Below are positions 57,544 to 64,000 of a stretch of DNA of 64,000 nt, piece after piece (position 1 is the first letter of the stretch; every line of letters begins with the position of its first letter). A program made the translations under genes and the position numbers. Source of the DNA: Carpediemonas membranifera BICM. Taxonomy: Eukaryota; Protista; Fornicata. Under the pieces are notes generated by a model. The model ran no database searches and was not told where the DNA came from. It saw only the letters and a program-made list of their open reading frames with translations. The stretch spans positions 6,434-70,433 of the forward strand of contig JAHDYR010000024.1 of the NCBI GenBank assembly GCA_019828565.1, given 5' to 3'.

Positions 57544-60017
57544 CCCGAAGTCCCTCGCCGAGACGAGACTGATTCACGACCTCAGGTCGCTGAATGCTGT
57601 TTCCTCCGAGAACAGGACGTTCAGATTGCACGGGATCAAGAGGGCGCTCGCGACGATTCGCCCGGGCGACTGGCTCACCAGATTAGACTTAACCAAGGGT
57701 TATTATCAGGTTGGGGTCCGCCCCGCCGACAGGACTCTCCTAGGCTTCATTGTGGACGGCAGGCCGTATGCGTTTCGAGTCCTCCCATTCGGCTGGAAAG
57801 CTGCGCCATTTCACTTCCAACGGATAATGCTAGAAGCGGGCGCAGTCGTGGCCAGGAAGTTTCCGGGGGTGAACATAACCATTTATCTGGACGACTGGCT
57901 CTTTTCGGGCCGCAAAGAGATCCTGACGGAGGCAATGCCGAAGATCATCCGCCTCTTGACGGATATGGGCCTGGTAATCAACAGACAGAAGTCCCAGCTC
58001 ATTCCTACGCAGTCCACGACGTTCCTTGGCTTCGTGATCGATTCACTCCGCGAGGGGCTGAAGCTAGACGAGAGCAAGCGTCTGAAGTACCTATCGAGGG
58101 TGATAGAAGCCCTGGCATCCGGGCTAACGGAGCACTCGGCTGCCAGGCTCCTGGGGAACCTCAGCTTCGCGTCGTTGATCTGGCCAGACGGCGTGGCCCA
58201 GCTGAGGCCGCTTCAACGCGCTGCCCAGTCACTCAAGCACAAGTACCGAACTCGGATCCACGGCGATGCTCGGGACGCACTGATAGCGTGGAAGACCCGC
58301 TTGGAAAGACCTTCTCCTACGAGATCAACCAGGGAGCTGCTCCATCTCTGGGGTATGTCGCAACAGCTCGAGGTGACAGTCATGACAGATGCCTCGCTGA
58401 GCGGTTTAGGGGGCATAATTCGAGTTCCGGGCCAATCACCGATCCATTTTGCAGAGCCAGCGCCCCAAGGCGAGCACATAACGCTGTTAGAGTTCAGGGC
58501 CATCAACGCAGCCCTGGAGCGCGTAATGCAGAACCACCAAGCAGGCTCCTTCGAGTTGACGGTCTACTGCGACAGCAGGGAGCTGCGGTAGCTTGGCTGA
58601 ACCGCCAAGGATCCACCAAAGCGCCGCCAGTCGTGGACGAGATCCTCAGAGAGTTACTACCGAGGCTCTCCGAGCGGCTTATTTCGGTCAGAGCGGTGCA
58701 CTCGGTAGGACATCTGAACGTCCTCGCCGACTCCCTGTCCAGGAACGATCGGGAGCTCACATCGGTGGAGAGGATCATCGGCCGCACCATAGAGGCCTGG
58801 GGGCCGCTGGAGAAGGATGCCTGGCCCCTAGAGCTCTTCGGGGCCAAGGCCCTGATGACCCCGGCAGAGATGCTGGACCGAACATGGTCGGACGGACGGT
58901 GGTTCGCAGCGATACCCTTTGGCATGCTGACACATGTCTACGCCAAGGTCTCTCGCCTAGTGAGCAAGACTCCGCTGACCGACCCGAGGAAGTGCAGGTT
59001 AGCGATCATACTTCTCGTCTCCGATGCAAGATCACCAACGGCGATGTCTCTGCGTCATCTAACGCAACATCGCCTTTACTTCAGGATTCACAGCAACAAC
59101 GGCGTGGACTTTTCCGAAATAACGCCTCTTCAAGCCGACAAGACATTCCGACTTGTCGCGCTATTCATTCCCCTGCAATCTTTGAAAGAGCGCTCAGAAG
59201 TCCAATGCTAGAGCAGTACTCAATAGCCTATCGGCGCCAGATTGCTGGATCACTTGCGCAATTTGCTTCATTCCGAGAGCAACATCCGCTCGCTGATCCT
59301 ATCGACCTTCTCCGCCTATGGGCTGTATCACAAGCTTCATTAGTGACTGGAGATACAATCAAGAAGAAGTTTCGAGCCATTGAGATGTTCTTCGAGAGGA
59401 TCGACACATCCTGGTCGCTCCCGGTGGATGGCCGCTCGGTGGTCTTCGGCGTCGCAAGAGAGGCTCTTGGTAAGAGGCTCGGGCCAGCAGTCCCTATTAG
59501 GGCGCAGATGCTTCTAGATCGCCTCGACAGACACCGGGCTAACATCACCACAGTCGGCTCATGGCGGGAGGCCTTCACGTTCGCAGTGACCGTCTATGCT
59601 TCCACGTCGAGGCCGGGCGAGGTCGCATCCCTCACCATGGGTGACATATCCCCCGACTCAGTCGCAAGAGGTCTCCGCATTCGCATCAGAGGCACTAAGA
59701 CGAGGCGAGAGAGAGTCGATAAGCTAATACACCGGATCGACGGGCCCCTGGACCCTGCTGCATGGCTCTCAGAGCAGGTGGTCTTCCGCATGGACGAGGG
59801 CGCTTCGGAGAACGACTCCCTCTGGTCTCTACCCTATCAAGAGATCGTGGTGCTGCTCGAGTTGATCTTGTCGAAGCACATGCGACCGCACGGCCTCAGA
59901 AGGGGCAGCGCAGCCGACATGGTGCTGGCTGGCATCCCGGAAGAGGTAGTCGCGGCAAAGGGTACATGGGCGAACACTTCCTCAATGATCCGCTACATTG
60001 AGGATGCCTCCGGCTAG
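57544..60017 (+). CDS. E5 RT/RH/MT 3' part and overlapping tyrosine recombinase (frameshifts near 58578 and 60007)
   Basis: YLDD; TDAS; SRPGE; HGLRRG; GTW; IRY. Confidence 0.85.
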
Positions 60018-60999
60018 ACTACGAGACATCGGCGAGGCCGATAAAGGTGGCAGCGAGCAGCCACCTTGGGGGTTGGCACCCCGGGCCCACTGCTGTTGAG
60101 GAGCAACTGGCTGGGTCCCGCCGACCTCCTATCACTGAGGACCCTTGAGGGGTTAGTGATAAACGGATGATGATGCTAGAGTTGCTGTGGGTCTTTGGGG
60201 GACTGGCATATTCATTGGCGACTGGTGCCCTATGGGATATAGACGTAGTCTACCGGACCGTCTGCCCAGTCAGACTGGTAGGTGAGCGGAGCGCCACGCC
60301 CACGCTTCGGCTGAGCGGTCGAGGTTAATCTGATCGAATTGATTCCGATCAAATCGTCGCAGTTCAGGAAAGAGAGCAAAGAATGGCAAGCATGAACCGC
60401 GACGCAGCCGGTGGGCTGCTATCCTCCCGAACGGGAGTGACTCCATACTGTTAAAAACGGGGTTTCGATGCCTGAGGAAGTCGTGAGGAAGTGAAAATGG
60501 CGATATCCGAAACTAGAACCCCTGAAGCCGATTTAAATACTACAGCAGGTGCTTTATAGATGAATAACGCATATCTTACATCTTTGTCGAGCATTACTTT
60601 GCTCATCGGCGAGTAAATAGGGAAACGCATTTTATGTAGTTGGTGAAAAGTGGTCGTAATGACAAGCTGGTCTGTAAGCAAGCTCAGTACTACTGTTTAT
60701 ACATCCTCTCTCGGTTTCAGCTCTCAGCGATGTCTCAGTCGCTGGGTTCTTTTGATTGAATCACTCGATCTCGGGATTGGTGAAGTGCCCCAACTAACCA
60801 ACCATACTGGGGTGCTATATGACCTTTATACAGCACCCGGATATGCTCGGCTAGATGGGGCACTTCATCAATCTTGAGATATAAAAAATGTGGTACCATA
60901 TCTCGTCGATGACAACATTGCAGAACATTTCGTCAACAGTAGATGTGTATCATAGCCTATAAGGGCTAATGGTATGCTTCATCATTATCGACGCCGTCG

Positions 61000-62100
61000 A
61001 AGGTGCCCAAAGACGTTGTGAAAGGGGGAGTGTTGGGAAGCTGCAGCAACACACACAAGCAGGCTGCGGCACGGCCCAGATGGGGAGTGGTATAACTCCA
61101 GGGCCATATTGGAGCTCCACTGGCTACTGTAACAGGAGGATGAAACAGTGAAGGAGGGTCTATTATGCGGGGAAAAGGCCCTCATGAACCTCAGAACAGG
61201 CCCAGATCCCTAGGAAGGCCCTGGGTGAAGACAAGGCACAGGGCGGAGCACTCCTGGAACCGGCGGGAGGTGTTCCCCCCCCCCACATATTCCGGTAGCG
61301 CCCGGCGGCACACCCAACTCAACCCACGCCGCAAGGGAGCATTTTGATACCTGCGCCACACTTGAAACAACTCCCCCATCACCAAGAGGGGACAGGCCCA
61401 ACCCACAGGGCGGACTGGAATGGTGGCCCGAGCACCGACCCCAAGCGCAGCGGATCTGGAACCAATGAGGACAACACCACCTTTTCCGGTAGCGCCAGGC
61501 GGAGGGAAGGCTGCAAAGGACCACTAAGGGACAATCGCATACAACAAGCACGAAATAGGGAAGGCCTGGCAAAACAGCTGGGCCTGTAGGGCGCAAGCGA
61601 CCGGACAAGCGGTCCGGCGCACCCCTCCGGCGCGCAAGGGGGTACCCCCTCCCCACACAGTGGGGGCGCACCAGGAGGATGACGCATGGCAGACTGGCGG
61701 AGGCACTGGATGACGCAAGAAGCTACCCACTCCGTCGGTTACCTGCCAGGAAGGCAGGGCCATCCTGATGTGGCCCGGCGCCTAGCCAGGAACACTGGAA
61801 GACGTGGCAACCGCCCCTGGGAGCTCCCCCCGATAATGGGAACCTGGAGTGAAATCGGACAGCGCTAGATGAGCCCGAACGGAGCCTGCAAGTCCGTGGA
61901 AGTCTACCTACGCGGCGTCGGTGGGTTCCTAACCCGGCCCAGCTGGTACGGCGAACTCTAGACCCGACCCCGCCCTGGCGGGTGCCTGAAACATGGCGAG
62001 CGGGTCGAGGAAACTCCAGGACCTCCCTAGGGGACCCGGGGGAGAGGGGAAACGTACGGAAGGTCCCTGACAGCAGCGTGCAGGGCAAGGCTTTGTAGGT
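61000..62100 (+). pseudogene. Possibly a heavily decayed YR-element 3' half
   Basis: Fragments SWNRREVFPPP (MT-like) and ALAG/VPE..G...TSL (YR C-terminus-like); no intact ORF. Confidence 0.3.
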
Positions 62101-62370
62101 GCCAGGCAGACCTGGGACTCAAAGGGCCCCCAAGAGTAAGACCTGGGTTAGCCTAACTTTGGGGGTATAAATTTGGCCATGTATAGGATCCCTCTAGCGT
62201 ACCAGCTAGGCCTTGACGGCCGTTGTTCACGCCCTCTTAGGAAGTGTTAGGTGTGCTCTGTAGAGGTACCAACACGCTCAGGCGTTCCTCGAAGGGGTGA
62301 CACAAACTGTGACATTCAGCTTACACAGCAGGACGAGTAGCAGGACACACTAAATTCTTTCTTTCTTTCT

Positions 62371-62692
62371 TTCGACTGTAGTCGACTAACAGTCGGCGTA
62401 CCGTCGTAGACGTAGACACAGTGCGCCTTGGGGCGCGGTCCATAAGGGTCCGAGTGGGGTGCCGATCACCCGGACCCAAACCCAAAAAGATTCGGGAGAA
62501 TCTTCTAGATTCGGGGAAAATATTCGGCTGGTGACCTGGGACGTTTAAGCCAATTTAACCAAGGGGGAAAAACCTCCCCTGTTCGGCACATCCCTGGAAA
62601 TGGCTGACGACGAGCAAGACGCTCAGCCTGATCTTGGAGTATAAATTTGATTAGATCAAATTGGAGACTTCGACTGTAGTCGACTAATAGTC
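62371..62692. repeat. 24-bp direct repeat pair (62371-62394, 62669-62692), possibly split direct repeats
   Basis: TTCGACTGTAGTCGACTAAYAGTC. Confidence 0.6.
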
Positions 62693-62878
62693 TGGTACTA
62701 CGGAGTCAAGATTGCGGGTATCCGTGGCCCGGTGCAGCCACGCGCGCAACCCCGCTCAGGAAGCCACCGTGAGGCTTCTGGGCGTCGGCGGTGGTCCTGG
62801 GATGATTTTCGTCTCCGGGGAAATTCGGCCCAGTTTATGGGTTTGATGAGTTCATTTCAGAACTCCTCGAAGAAGCCG

Positions 62879-63761
62879 ATGCCGCAGCAAAATATGCTAG
62901 AAGAAGCCTTTAACCTCCTCAAGAGCCTCAAGGACGAATTAGAGAAGACAAAATCCGAGAACAAGGTTCTTCTGGCCGCGATGAAGGATGTGAAAGACGA
63001 AGTTTCCATGAAAGACGATGATTCTTCTGATTTCAGATCAGAATTGCTGAAGAAGGAATATAGGGCTTGGAGAGTGTTCTTCGTGGATTACAAGGCCGAT
63101 ATCCTTAAATTTCCCGCCGATCTTGATTCAAATGACCTCACAAAGATGGTCCGTTTTCGGGTAGAAAACAGACTAGAGTACCTTCGTGTCCTTAATAAAT
63201 ACGGAGATGAAGCTGCTGCAAGCTTTAAGCTTGCTACCGCGGACCAACAGCTGAGCAAGACGGAGCTACGAAAGATGGCCAATAAGGCGGTCAAAGACAC
63301 TCCCACTCCAATCAAGCGCCTGGGTACACACCATAAATACATCAGCAAGGGCCACAGGGTGAGGTGTGGTCATTGCGGCAAGCCAGGTCATGATGCAGAG
63401 AACTGCTGGCTCCTTCACCCCGAGAAGGCCTCTAGAGGTAAACGGTAAGAAGGTCATCCTGGGCTAGAGAGAGGCAGTTCATATGTTGGCGTCATTTCGC
63501 CTTCCATTTCAAGCTAACACAGCCGCAGTTTATGACGATCGGTGGTTGATGCTATCTCAGATCAGCTGGAGGTTCCAGTTGGAGAAGGCGTTGACGTATA
63601 ACGACAAACCCGTGGTGGGTTCAATCACGAAGGCCTGGGAGGTATGGGAGAGGACATCCCCATCCCAGGAGGTCATGGCAGCAGTGAAAGATGTCCGAAT
63701 CGAGGCCTTGAGGCCTCCAACGGAACACAGCATGCACAAAACCAAGGCCGCTCAGCAGTAG
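62879..63761 (+). mobile_element. YR retrotransposon E6, 5' part: gag with CCHC knuckle (to 63448) and the start of RT, truncated
   Basis: CGHCGKPGHDAENC; RLEYLRVLNKYG; GSITKAWEVWERTSPSQEV resembles the RT N-termini of E2/E4. Confidence 0.65.
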
Positions 63762-64000
63762 ACGCTCTGTGGATGATACACGGGGCCAGACTCTCATACG
63801 TCAGTCATCCATCGAATTCAGCTAAGTCGAAAGACTATGTTCGGGGATGGATAAAAGGCCAACGGCCTGTCCCAGTAAACTGGTACAGCGCCCCCATCAG
63901 CTCAGAAGGAGCGGCCTCAACCAATCCATAAAACTCAAAAGGTCACATTCGCGGATAGGTCTTCTTGTCAAGATTTGGTATGGCTCTGCTCTTTATCTTT

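Larger units (their letters stand above)
51632..60445 (+). mobile_element. YR retrotransposon E5, split by G3; B2 missing
   Basis: A1 51632-51753 = A2 60276-60397; gag 51739-52251; RT reads SPIFTI|PKSLAETRLIHDL across G3; YR from 58593. Confidence 0.92.

Overview
Eukaryotic (probably protist) repeat-rich DNA in the standard genetic code, with short spliceosomal introns; the organism cannot be identified from sequence alone. 1-21.6 kb is a dense cluster of divergent chromatin/ubiquitin-type genes: two Cdc7-like kinases, a SET-like ORF, a histone H3-tail fusion with K9R/K27R, a caspase-like+OTU fusion, a second OTU and a PHD protein. It sits beside a Transib/RAG1/CMC-like DDE transposase and contains internal segmental duplications. 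22-64 kb is a nested retroelement pile: Ty3/gypsy chromodomain elements (two complete, with 76- and 55-bp LTRs), at least six tyrosine-recombinase (DIRS-order, split-direct-repeat) elements, a CRE-like RLE non-LTR element at a tRNA-Arg(ACG) gene, and a TIR element. Main leads: (1) three different gypsy families all have a perfect, sequence-divergent palindrome in place of a tRNA primer-binding site, suggesting a tRNA-independent priming mechanism; (2) YR retroelements start 3 nt upstream of tRNA/tRNA-like genes and stack head-to-tail; (3) a covarying structured RNA lies between their A2 and B2 repeats. Many frameshifts fall in homopolymers and may be sequencing errors. All domain calls are by eye from motifs, not database searches.
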